Assembly (NCBI GenBank): GCA_965218435.1 | Contig: CBDCKW010000009.1 | Location: 1,248,001 to 1,312,000, forward strand | Source of the DNA: Truepera sp. | GTDB taxonomy: Bacteria > Deinococcota > Deinococci > Deinococcales > Trueperaceae | Direction: 5' to 3' | Length of the DNA stretch: 64,000 bases | Shown here: positions 41,773 to 50,392 of the stretch, one piece after another | Position numbering within the stretch: position 1 is the first letter of the stretch | Layout of the letters: every line of letters starts with the position of its first letter | The notes under the pieces: model-generated | What the model was told of the DNA's origin: nothing | Database searches by the model: none | What the model saw: only the letters and a program-made list of their open reading frames with translations | Translations under genes and position numbers: made by a program

Positions 41773-42906
41773 CTAATTTGAACCGGTCACTGGAGCCACT
41801 GACGGAACACCCGCAAAGTTCGGCTGAAAACTGTAGGCGGCGGCGTAACGTCCGTCCGTTTGCGCCTCACCGACGTAAATCGGCTCAGCGTCGCTGAGCC
41901 CGGTCAGGTTGATGCCGGCGCGGGTTCCGTTGACCGTAAGCGGCACCAAGCTGTTACCCTGCCACGCGCTGAGATCCTCCGGCGGCGTCCGGGAAAAGGT
42001 GAGCTGTAACTCGAGACCGCGCTCGAGCTTTTCCGTGTAGGTCACCCCGAGCAGCTGGCCGTACTCGCCACTTATTGCGCCCGAACGAGAGAACCCGCCG
42101 CTATTTAACCACCCGTCGTCTTGCAAGATAAAGCTGCCCTGTGCGCCGCTGCTCCGCAACCCGAGCTGCACCGGGAGGGGTAGGGCCGGAGCCTCAGCTA
42201 GTGGAACGCTCAAGGTTCGGGTGCCCGCGTCTAACGTCTCGGGCCGGCTGCTCTGGTCGCCGTAAAAGAGCGCAACTTCACCGGACGACGAAAGCGAGAC
42301 GGTCGCCTCGAGCGTCGGCACTTGATGTAAGACCGAAATGATTTGCGCACGCTCGAGCGGCGCAGGTTGATACCCCAACACCTGCGCCACGGCGACGCGG
42401 CCGTCCGGGTAGCGGGCCGCACCGAAGCCGACGTGCGTAAACTCTGGGTTGAGCAAATTGGCGCGGTGACCGGGAGACTCGAGCCAACCCGTGGTCGTCG
42501 CCTCGGCTGTATCCGCCTCACCGACCAACGCTAAGTTTTCACCGAGTGTGCCGATAAACGACCCACTCCGCGCAACCCGCTGGCTGACCGTAGCATTTTC
42601 AGGGGTGGGCGAAGTATGCGAAAAGTAGCCGAGCCGCGCCATCTCCTCAGCGTGGTGGCGGGCGGCTTGGGCGAGCCCTTCGTCTGGCTCGAGCGTCCCC
42701 ACCCCATTGTCTGACCTGGCCTCGTTTGTAAGTGTGAGAAGCTGGGCCTCGAGGCTGGCGTCGCCGGGAAGTGGTGTATACGGCGCGGCGTAAACCGGTG
42801 CTACTGCCATAAGTAACAGCGCCCACAGCACGAGTCGCCGTAAATCCTGCCGTAAAACTCGCGGCAAAGCCTGCCGTGAAACTTGCCGTAAAATCTGTGA
42901 CCGCAC
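41773..42906 (-). CDS. Exported CAP (SCP) domain protein
   Basis: LTNEAR, AARHHAEEMA..GYFSHTSP, GENLA and WLESPGHRANLL motifs, with a C-terminal extension. Confidence 0.92.
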   Translation of the reverse strand: MRSQILRQVSRQALPRVLRQDLRRLVLWALLLMAVAPVYAAPYTPLPGDASLEAQLLTLTNEARSDNGVGTLEPDEGLAQAARHHAEEMARLGYFSHTSPTPENATVSQRVARSGSFIGTLGENLALVGEADTAEATTTGWLESPGHRANLLNPEFTHVGFGAARYPDGRVAVAQVLGYQPAPLERAQIISVLHQVPTLEATVSLSSSGEVALFYGDQSSRPETLDAGTRTLSVPLAEAPALPLPVQLGLRSSGAQGSFILQDDGWLNSGGFSRSGAISGEYGQLLGVTYTEKLERGLELQLTFSRTPPEDLSAWQGNSLVPLTVNGTRAGINLTGLSDAEPIYVGEAQTDGRYAAAYSFQPNFAGVPSVAPVTGSN

Positions 42907-42907
42907 G

Positions 42908-43366
42908 TTACTGGATATAGAAGGTAGTTTCGGCCGTGTCTTGTACCGCTGCTGAAGGGTCGCTCGAGACGCTTAAGGTTGCGCGTTGCAACCCGCGCGG
43001 CGGCGCTAAAACGTATTCGGCGCGCTCCCCCGGCGTCGGCAGGGTCACCGTACCACCGGGCAGGTAGACGTTTTGGGCCAAAGTAGACGTGCTACCGTCC
43101 GGCGCGGTCACGCTCAGCGTCGCGTAACCGGGTTCGGTGAGCTGGACCTGAAAACTGATCGTTTCACCCAAGCCGTAAACCGAGCCTGCGCCCTGCGTCG
43201 GCGTAAAGGCGCTGATGGCGGGCGCTGCCGTAACCGTGACCTCGGGTTGTGAGCGCGTTCCCGGCAATGGTCTGACGCGGACGTTCGCGTCAGGTTGAGG
43301 GCTGACGTAAAAAGTACAGGCGCTGAGCAGCAGGGCGAGCGTAAGGGTTGTCCAAAAGGGTTTCAT
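42908..43366 (-). CDS. Lipoprotein, DUF4384-like
   Basis: Lipobox LSAC; Y.LGE.ISF.V....GY..L....PDG and APPRG motifs. Confidence 0.7.
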   Translation of the reverse strand: MKPFWTTLTLALLLSACTFYVSPQPDANVRVRPLPGTRSQPEVTVTAAPAISAFTPTQGAGSVYGLGETISFQVQLTEPGYATLSVTAPDGSTSTLAQNVYLPGGTVTLPTPGERAEYVLAPPRGLQRATLSVSSDPSAAVQDTAETTFYIQ

Positions 43367-43654
43367 CCGGGTAGTGTAGCAAGCCCGTGCGGGCTAAAAG
43401 AGCGGAAAAACCTCAATGACTCTACAGCAAAACCTCATCTAAGTGCTTCTCGACATTCTAACGCCAAGTGCAAGGTTTTGCCCTGTGCTGTTCGGCAAAA
43501 GTCAGTCGCTGAGTCGTCAGCGTTCAGAAGTTGGTAGCTCATAAACGGAAATCGCGTTTCTTATTCACATCACGCTTTTGGTCTACCTGGAACGCGGCGG
43601 TAACAGCAAAGGGTAAGAGTAACTGTCAGCGCAGCTCGAGCCGCCCCTGCTCAA

Positions 43655-44014
43655 CTACTTTGCTTCCTGACCAGGTTGCGGTTTTGACGAGAGCAAATAC
43701 TGCATATCGGTCTGAAAGTATTGCCCCGAAGGGTCGTACCAGTAGACGTAACCGTCAGGTTGGGTCGCTGCGCCGTTGGTCACTTCTGAAACCGAACGCG
43801 TCACCTTACCGTCAACCAGCCCCTGATGTACGGGCGTCCCGTTTAGCGCGTACACCGTAATGTACATTCGTCCACCCGTAAAGTCCTGTAAGTCGCGGCG
43901 GATACGGTTTTGCGTTTCGTTGCGGCACCCTACGAGAAAACCTGAAAGCAGCAGCAGCGCAGTCAGGAGCAGCAGCGTGTTTCGTTTAGACCAGACTATC
44001 TTCTTTGGCTTCAT
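43655..44014 (-). CDS. Hypothetical lipoprotein
   Basis: Basic N-terminus, lipobox LVGC; TATGCT-N6-ATG. Confidence 0.75.
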   Translation of the reverse strand: MKPKKIVWSKRNTLLLLTALLLLSGFLVGCRNETQNRIRRDLQDFTGGRMYITVYALNGTPVHQGLVDGKVTRSVSEVTNGAATQPDGYVYWYDPSGQYFQTDMQYLLSSKPQPGQEAK

Positions 44015-44062
44015 AATCGTAGCATAGCACCGCAGCCTGCTACAGCCTTTTAGGTCCGCTGA

Positions 44063-44083
44063 TTTGACTCTCTAACACTCAAA
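44063..44083 (+). promoter_or_regulatory. HAIR-like HspR operator overlapping the promoter
   Basis: TTTGACT-N7-ACTCAAA versus consensus CTTGAGT-N7-ACTCAAG; overlaps TTGACT and precedes TATAAT-N6-GTG. Confidence 0.8.
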
Positions 44084-44100
44084 TAATATATAATTCTGTA

Positions 44101-45075
44101 GTGACACGGACGCTCGCCGACCCTTACACCACTCTGGGCGTTGCCCGCACTGCCGACGCCGCTGAGATCAAGGCGGCGTACCGTAAGCTGGCTTTGCAGT
44201 ACCACCCTGACCGCAACGCCGGGAGTAAAGAGGCGGAGGAGCGTTTCAAAGAGATTTCTGAAGCGTACGCGACGCTCCGCGACCCCGAACTGCGGGCACG
44301 TTTCGACCGTTACGGCGCAGCGGGTTACAGTTCTGGGTACGGTTCAGGCTATGGCGGCGCAGGCTCGAGTCCGGGTCGCCCCGACTTTAGCACCGTTGAC
44401 TGGCAAACGATCTTTCAAGAGGCGGACATCAAGGTGGACTGGAGTCAGCGGCAGACGGTGCCGCAGACCGGCAACGTGATGTTCGACGCGCTCTTCGGTG
44501 TGATGACCGGGATGATGCGTTCGTCGGGCCTGCTTCCTGGCGAAGACCGTGAGGTGGCGCTCTCGGTCACGGTGCCTGAAGCTAGAGCTGGGGCTGAGCG
44601 CCGCGTTCACGTTCCGGGGCCGAGCGTCTGCCCGACGTGCGGCGGTACCGGACAGGGAGCCGCAGGATTTTGTGAGACGTGTGGTGGGCGCGGCGTAACG
44701 CGTGGCGGCGGCAGTGTCGAGGTCACCGTGCCGCCCCTGCGTAAAGACGACCTGCGTCTCAAGCTTAAAGGCTTAGGGGGTCCCGGTCGTCCCCCCGGTG
44801 ACGCCTACGTCCACGTCAGCGTACAGCTCCCACCGGACGCCACTTTAGACGCAGATGGTACATTGCGTGCACCGCTGACGGTGTTACCCCTCGAGGCGTC
44901 ACGGGGCGTTCAGACGACGGTGCTAGGTGTGCCGGTCACCGTGCCACCGGGCTCGAGTCCCGGCGACGTATTGCACGTTCCTGAGGGCGGCTTGGGCGGC
45001 AAAGACCTCGTGCTGACGCTGCAAACAGACGTCTGGGGCGGTCTCTGGCGGCGTGTTCGGAACGCGCTCAGCTAG
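44101..45075 (+). CDS. DnaJ-family J-domain co-chaperone
   Basis: J domain with HPD, G-rich linker, only two CxxCxGxG repeats, and a degenerate C-terminal domain. Confidence 0.93.
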   Translation: MTRTLADPYTTLGVARTADAAEIKAAYRKLALQYHPDRNAGSKEAEERFKEISEAYATLRDPELRARFDRYGAAGYSSGYGSGYGGAGSSPGRPDFSTVDWQTIFQEADIKVDWSQRQTVPQTGNVMFDALFGVMTGMMRSSGLLPGEDREVALSVTVPEARAGAERRVHVPGPSVCPTCGGTGQGAAGFCETCGGRGVTRGGGSVEVTVPPLRKDDLRLKLKGLGGPGRPPGDAYVHVSVQLPPDATLDADGTLRAPLTVLPLEASRGVQTTVLGVPVTVPPGSSPGDVLHVPEGGLGGKDLVLTLQTDVWGGLWRRVRNALS

Positions 45076-45088
45076 AAGGGAGGAAACC

Positions 45089-45493
45089 ATGTCAAAGAAA
45101 AAAGAAACCAAAACCTCCCATAAACACGAGGACCGGCCCTTATACGTGATCAGCGTCGCTGCTGAACTCGTAGACATGCATCCGCAGACGCTCCGCCTTT
45201 ACGAGCGCAAAGGGCTGATCGAACCGAGCCGTTCGTCGGGCCAAACGCGCCTCTACTCGCAGCGCGACATTGACCACCTGCGCGAAATCCGCCGCCTGAC
45301 CCAAGAACTCGGCGTCAACCTAGCAGGTGTTGAGGAGATCATCCGGTTGCGCCGCCAGCTAGACGAACTCCAAGGCGGGATGGAGACGCGGATCGGCGTG
45401 CTGCAAAGTGAAATCAGTGAGCGCATTTTAGACTACCGGCAACAAGGGGTGCTCGAGGCTCCAGGAGACGACGCCGAATTAGACGACGACTAA
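45089..45493 (+). CDS. hspR: Heat-shock repressor HspR (MerR family)
   Basis: [37 protein letters not shown] and GVNLAGV; start at ATG 45089. Confidence 0.95.
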   Translation: MSKKKETKTSHKHEDRPLYVISVAAELVDMHPQTLRLYERKGLIEPSRSSGQTRLYSQRDIDHLREIRRLTQELGVNLAGVEEIIRLRRQLDELQGGMETRIGVLQSEISERILDYRQQGVLEAPGDDAELDDD

Positions 45494-45557
45494 CCAGGCT
45501 GTTTCCGGTTACCCTGTTACCGACTCAACCGGGTGGTGCCAGCGTTATACTCGGCGG

Positions 45558-46925
45558 ATGAGCGACTACAAAACTTACGTCGAAGACAGCAGTGAACGTC
45601 TGTTAGCTGAACTCCAAGACTTTCTAACCATCCCTTCGGTCAGCACCGCGCCGCAGCACAAAGACGACGTGCGCCGCGCGGCTGACTTTGTGTTGGGTCA
45701 GCTTGACGCGTTAGGGTTTACTTCTGAACTTTACGACACGGCCCGTCACCCTGTCGTTTATGCTGAAAAACATGTGTCGGACGACGCCCCGACTGTCCTG
45801 ATTTACGGCCACTACGACGTGCAGCCCCCTGAACCCTTAGGGCTCTGGACCACGCCGCCTTTTGAACCGACCGTGCGGGACGGCGTACTTTACGCGCGGG
45901 GCGCGTCCGACGACAAAGGGCAGATTTTTGCGCACCTTAAAGGCGTCGAGGCGCTTCTATCCGAAACCGGGACGCTGCCCCTGAACGTCAAGTTCTTAGT
46001 CGAAGGTGAAGAAGAGATCGGCAGTCCCAACCTGATGCCGTTTATCGAGCTGCATAAAGAGCTGCTCGAGTGTGACATTGTTTTAATTTCTGACGGCGCG
46101 ATGGCCGCCCCCGAAACGCCGACGATTACCTATGGGCTCAAAGGGCTGGCGTATATCGAGGTTCACGTCAAAGGTGCCGACATGGACCTGCACTCGGGCG
46201 CGTTCGGCGGCGCAGCCCCCAATCCCATCAACGGCCTCGCTAAAATGATTGCTGCGCTGCACGACGGTGAGGGCCGCGTCGCGGTGCCGGGGTTTTACGA
46301 CGCGGTACTCGACATCACGCCTGAAGAGCGCGAGGTTTTCAAGCGTGCGCCCTTTGATGAACAAGCTCTGGAGAAAGAGCTGGGTGTGGACGCGCTACCG
46401 GGAGAAGCGGGTTATACGGTGCTCGAGCGCCTCTGGGCACGGCCGACTTTGGACTGCAACGGCATTGGCGGCGGCTTTCAGGGCGAAGGGTCGAAAACGG
46501 TGATCGCGTCCGAGGCGATGGTGAAGATTTCGTGCCGTTTGGTGCCGAATCAAACCCCGCAAGAGATCGCGCAAAAGCTCGGCGATTATCTGCGCTCTCT
46601 CGTCCCGGCTGGGCTGAGTCTCGAGATCGTTGACCTGCACGGCGGCGACGGGGTGTTGACGCCACTGACCTCAAACGCGGTGCAAGCAGCGGGCCGCGCC
46701 CTTTCCGAGGTTTATGGCAAAGAGACGGTTTTTGCCCGTACCGGCGGGACGATTCCGGTCGGGAGCACCTTTCAAAAAGTTTTAGGCGCAGATGTGGTGT
46801 TTGTCGGCTTGGGGCTCGAGAGCGACCGGGCACACTCACCGAATGAAAAGTTCGATCTAGTGAATTACTACAAGGGGATTGAGGTGAGCGCGGCGCTGCT
46901 GGGGGGGTTTGCAAAGGAAATATAA
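45558..46925 (+). CDS. M20-family dipeptidase
   Basis: YGHYDVQP, ARGASDDKGQ, EGEEEIGS, DLHSG and HSPNEK motifs. Confidence 0.96.
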   Translation: MSDYKTYVEDSSERLLAELQDFLTIPSVSTAPQHKDDVRRAADFVLGQLDALGFTSELYDTARHPVVYAEKHVSDDAPTVLIYGHYDVQPPEPLGLWTTPPFEPTVRDGVLYARGASDDKGQIFAHLKGVEALLSETGTLPLNVKFLVEGEEEIGSPNLMPFIELHKELLECDIVLISDGAMAAPETPTITYGLKGLAYIEVHVKGADMDLHSGAFGGAAPNPINGLAKMIAALHDGEGRVAVPGFYDAVLDITPEEREVFKRAPFDEQALEKELGVDALPGEAGYTVLERLWARPTLDCNGIGGGFQGEGSKTVIASEAMVKISCRLVPNQTPQEIAQKLGDYLRSLVPAGLSLEIVDLHGGDGVLTPLTSNAVQAAGRALSEVYGKETVFARTGGTIPVGSTFQKVLGADVVFVGLGLESDRAHSPNEKFDLVNYYKGIEVSAALLGGFAKEI

Positions 46926-46976
46926 AACACTGAGTTTTTGAGAAACTTGTTCTTGAGGGCTCACTAATTGCTCGAC

Positions 46977-47894
46977 TTATTCGTCGGTCGTTGCTGACTG
47001 AGAGAGTTGCAGCTTACGTTCTTCTTCTCTCATTCGTGCCGACAACCATCCGAAGGCTTCGATAACCTTGGGTAGCCCAGACATATACATTTGCACTTCT
47101 TCCCCTGACTTCAAAGTTTTCAATCTTTCTATTTGTTCTGGCAACAACAGCACTGTCTTGGTAAACTCTTTCCCTACTTTTTCGTTTGAGAGCTTCAAAT
47201 CCACTATGGGTGCGTTGTCAGATTCATAAAGAGGCATGTAGATATTTGAGTCTGTTAAGTCTTCAATCTCAATAAGTTGCCTATCGTAGTTATAAGACTG
47301 AAATCTAAGTGTAAACTTAGTAGATAATCCAGCAACAAGACACATTTTGGGTGGTTCCTCTCTGCATTGAAGCCTTTCTAAAGGTTCGACTCTTTGCTTC
47401 AGTTTCACCTCTTGGTTAATATTTGATAACCCACGACTTCTCAAATGCCTTATCCAAAAATTTAGAACATTAGTTAAAACTTCTGTTAGGTTACGCTGAC
47501 TGCCATCGAGCAAACTAACCTCAATCTGTTTTGTGGAATCTTTATAGACTCCGAACTTATCTTTGTACGCAGTTATAACAACAATTTCGCTTATGGCGTC
47601 TCTCTCATTTTTGACAAGCAACGGTGGGTTTTGGGTCAATGTATGGTGCTTCGTAATATTTGCAATATCCTTGACAATTTTGTAATCGGAACACTGAGTC
47701 AAAACATCCTTCAATTTTATGGCAAATGGTGACGGGAGCTGCTCACGGAAGTGATACAAAGCTATCGCCACATTTGAGCCAGCGCGCGTGTCTTTTCCGT
47801 TGCCTATTTCATCTGCCTCTTGTAGTTCGATAAACTCTTTATAAGGAAGTAGCACGTGTTCATAGAAAAAAGTTGCTAACTGATCAGCACCCAT
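46977..47894 (-). CDS. Low-GC hypothetical protein, N-terminus HEPN-like
   Basis: 305-aa intact AT-rich ORF; helical N-terminus with LYHFRE and KDIANITKH; TATAAT-N7-ATG. Confidence 0.7.
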   Translation of the reverse strand: MGADQLATFFYEHVLLPYKEFIELQEADEIGNGKDTRAGSNVAIALYHFREQLPSPFAIKLKDVLTQCSDYKIVKDIANITKHHTLTQNPPLLVKNERDAISEIVVITAYKDKFGVYKDSTKQIEVSLLDGSQRNLTEVLTNVLNFWIRHLRSRGLSNINQEVKLKQRVEPLERLQCREEPPKMCLVAGLSTKFTLRFQSYNYDRQLIEIEDLTDSNIYMPLYESDNAPIVDLKLSNEKVGKEFTKTVLLLPEQIERLKTLKSGEEVQMYMSGLPKVIEAFGWLSARMREEERKLQLSQSATTDE

Positions 47895-47915
47895 AGCAAA
47901 TATTATATGTCGTTC

Positions 47916-48353
47916 CTATCCCTCCTTCTGAATCTGCTCATGGACGACCAACACCGGCAGCCGCGCATTCCGCACCACCTCTTCGGCAACACTGCCGTTT
48001 AGAAAATGGGCCAACCCGGTACGCCCGTGCGTCCCCATCACAATCAGGTCGGGGTGCCACGCCGCCGCCTGCTCTAAAATTGCCTCGGCGGGTTGACCCA
48101 CAACAACGGCGCATTCTTCGTTCCCTTGGGCAAGTTCTTGCAGTTGTTCTAAAGGCTCGAGCTCGAGCGTCCTTCTCGCCTCGGCTGCGTCAACCGGTGA
48201 GGTAAAGGTGTCGGTGTAAAGTGTGGCAATCCGTTGGGCGCTGAGAATGTGTAAAAGCTGCACCGCTGCGCCCGGAAAGTGTTGCCGCGCAGTCATAAGT
48301 GCAGCGTCTGAGTTGGGCAAAAAATCTATCGGTACGAGCAAACGGCCAAACAT
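47916..48353 (-). CDS. Universal stress protein
   Basis: LLVPIDF and DLIVMGTHGRTG....GSVAEEVVR...PVLVV motifs; start at ATG 48353. Confidence 0.95.
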   Translation of the reverse strand: MFGRLLVPIDFLPNSDAALMTARQHFPGAAVQLLHILSAQRIATLYTDTFTSPVDAAEARRTLELEPLEQLQELAQGNEECAVVVGQPAEAILEQAAAWHPDLIVMGTHGRTGLAHFLNGSVAEEVVRNARLPVLVVHEQIQKEG

Positions 48354-48656
48354 AGGGAACCTCCAGAGTGCTTGCCGAGACAAACTCGTAAAGACGTGTA
48401 GCTAGTTTAACGTTCAAAGTGCGTTGCACTCTCCTGGCGTGTAGGGCACAATAGACAGAGCGCGGGGCTGGACGTACCGCCCGCACCCGGTTGTATGACG
48501 TTGTACGCTCGAGGCTCACCTATCCATCCGACCCTCTTGACGCTAACAGCATCCTTCTAAATTCAAAAGGACAAATCTTCGTAACTGTTTGCTTTCTGCC
48601 GTCTACTTTTTACGCCTCTCCCCAGGTATCTGCCTGACTCTAAAAAAGAGGTTATT

Positions 48657-50138
48657 TTGTTTTCATCAACGCTTAAACGCGAGTGGTTTGGTAACGTTCG
48701 CGGTGACATTCTCGCCGGTCTCGTCGTGGCGCTCGCTCTCATCCCCGAGGCTATCGCGTTCTCTATTATCGCTGGTGTTGACCCAGCCGTCGGGCTTTAC
48801 GCATCGTTTTCGGTTGCGGTGGTCATTGCGTTTGTCGGAGGCCGTCCGGGGATGATCAGCGCCGCGACCGGTGCGATGGCGCTCCTGATGATTACGCTGG
48901 TGCGCGATTACGGGCTCGAGTATCTCTTTGCGACCACCATCATGACCGGCGTCATTCAGATTTTGTTCGGCGTCTTTAAGCTCGGGCGCTACCTCAAGTT
49001 TGTGCCGCGCAGCGTGATGATCGGCTTTGTTAATGCACTCGCCATCCTGATCTTTATGGCGCAGCTGCCGCAGTTTGCCGGGGAAAACTGGCATATGTAC
49101 GCAATGGTCGCCGCTGGTCTCGCCATCATCTACGGGTTGCCGAGGCTGACCAAAGCGGTACCGAGTGCGCTCGTGGCGATTGTCGTGCTGACGCTCGTAA
49201 GTATTCTTACGGGGGCGAATGTGGGCACCGTCGGCGATATGGGCGAGTTGCCGAGTGCGTTGCCCTTTTTTGGCCTGCCTGCGGTGCCATTGACGTTGGG
49301 GACGCTCGGAATTATCCTTCCAGTCGCGCTGACCTTGGCGCTCGTAGGACTTTTGGAGTCCCTTCTGACCGCGCAGATCGTAGACGATATGACCGATACC
49401 GGCAGTGACAAAAATAAAGAGGCCAGGGGCCAGGGGATGGCGAATATCGTCACCGGCTTTTTCGGCGGGATGGCGGGTTGCGCGATGATTGGACAGTCGG
49501 TCATCAACGTCAAATCGGGTGGGCGCGGTCGTCTGTCAACGCTCGTCGCCGGGGTCGTGTTGATCTTTTTAATCTTGGTACTGTCGCCGTGGGTCAAACA
49601 GATTCCGATGGGTGCGCTCGTTGCCGTGATGATCATGGTATCGGTGAGCACCTTCGACTGGTCATCGCTCCGTAGCCTGACGGTGGTGCCCAGGGGCGAA
49701 GCGATTGTCATGGTGGCAACCGTGGCGACGACCGTGCTGACGCACAACTTGGCGCAAGGCGTCCTCGTCGGGGTACTCCTAAGCACCCTGTTTTTTGCCC
49801 GTAAAGTGTCGCAACTCTCGAGCGTCAGCAGCACCCTCAGTGACGACGGTCAAACGCGCACCTACACGGTAAGCGGTCAGCTCTTTTTCGTCTCGACGCA
49901 AGGTTTTATTGACGGTTTTGACCTGCAAGAAGAGGTCAGCCATGTGGTCATTGACCTATCGAGCGCGCACATCTGGGACGGTTCAGCGATTGCGGCGCTC
50001 GATAAGGTGGCGATAAAGCTGATGCGGCGCGGCGTCACTGTCGAATTGGTCGGTCAAAACGAGGCGAGCGCCGCGCTGATTGCGCGGTTGGCGCAGCATG
50101 ACAAGTTAGGAACGCTTTTGAGTAGCCCTGCACATTAG
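48657..50138 (+). CDS. SulP-family anion transporter with STAS domain
   Basis: [39 protein letters not shown] and STAS segment GQLFF...D.SA. Confidence 0.96.
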   Translation: MFSSTLKREWFGNVRGDILAGLVVALALIPEAIAFSIIAGVDPAVGLYASFSVAVVIAFVGGRPGMISAATGAMALLMITLVRDYGLEYLFATTIMTGVIQILFGVFKLGRYLKFVPRSVMIGFVNALAILIFMAQLPQFAGENWHMYAMVAAGLAIIYGLPRLTKAVPSALVAIVVLTLVSILTGANVGTVGDMGELPSALPFFGLPAVPLTLGTLGIILPVALTLALVGLLESLLTAQIVDDMTDTGSDKNKEARGQGMANIVTGFFGGMAGCAMIGQSVINVKSGGRGRLSTLVAGVVLIFLILVLSPWVKQIPMGALVAVMIMVSVSTFDWSSLRSLTVVPRGEAIVMVATVATTVLTHNLAQGVLVGVLLSTLFFARKVSQLSSVSSTLSDDGQTRTYTVSGQLFFVSTQGFIDGFDLQEEVSHVVIDLSSAHIWDGSAIAALDKVAIKLMRRGVTVELVGQNEASAALIARLAQHDKLGTLLSSPAH

Positions 50139-50172
50139 GACTTAGCAGCTTCACTGACTTGAGCGAGACAAG

Positions 50173-50312
50173 TCATACTAATTCCGATTGATTTGTTTGC
50201 ATAAACGGATCAATCCGAGCGGAGCGAGTGGGAACAAATATACGGGTAGAGCGTAATGGACGATCACCGAGGCTTTTTCTTGGTGATCGGGAATAAAGCG
50301 GAATCCGTATCA
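50173..50312. repeat. Deinococcus-type small non-coding repeat / MITE (about 140 bp)
   Basis: Imperfect TIR TCATACTAATTCCG ... CGGAATCCGTATCA with two internal hairpins. The minus-strand core ACTCGCTCCGCTCGGATTGA...TCAATCGGA resembles Deinococcus intergenic repeats as I recall them. Confidence 0.7.
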
Positions 50313-50392
50313 GGTACTTGTAACGCAGTCGAAAACAAAACACTAGAGGGAGAGCAACCTTGCTCTCCCTTTCGACGTGCAATATCAGGCTA

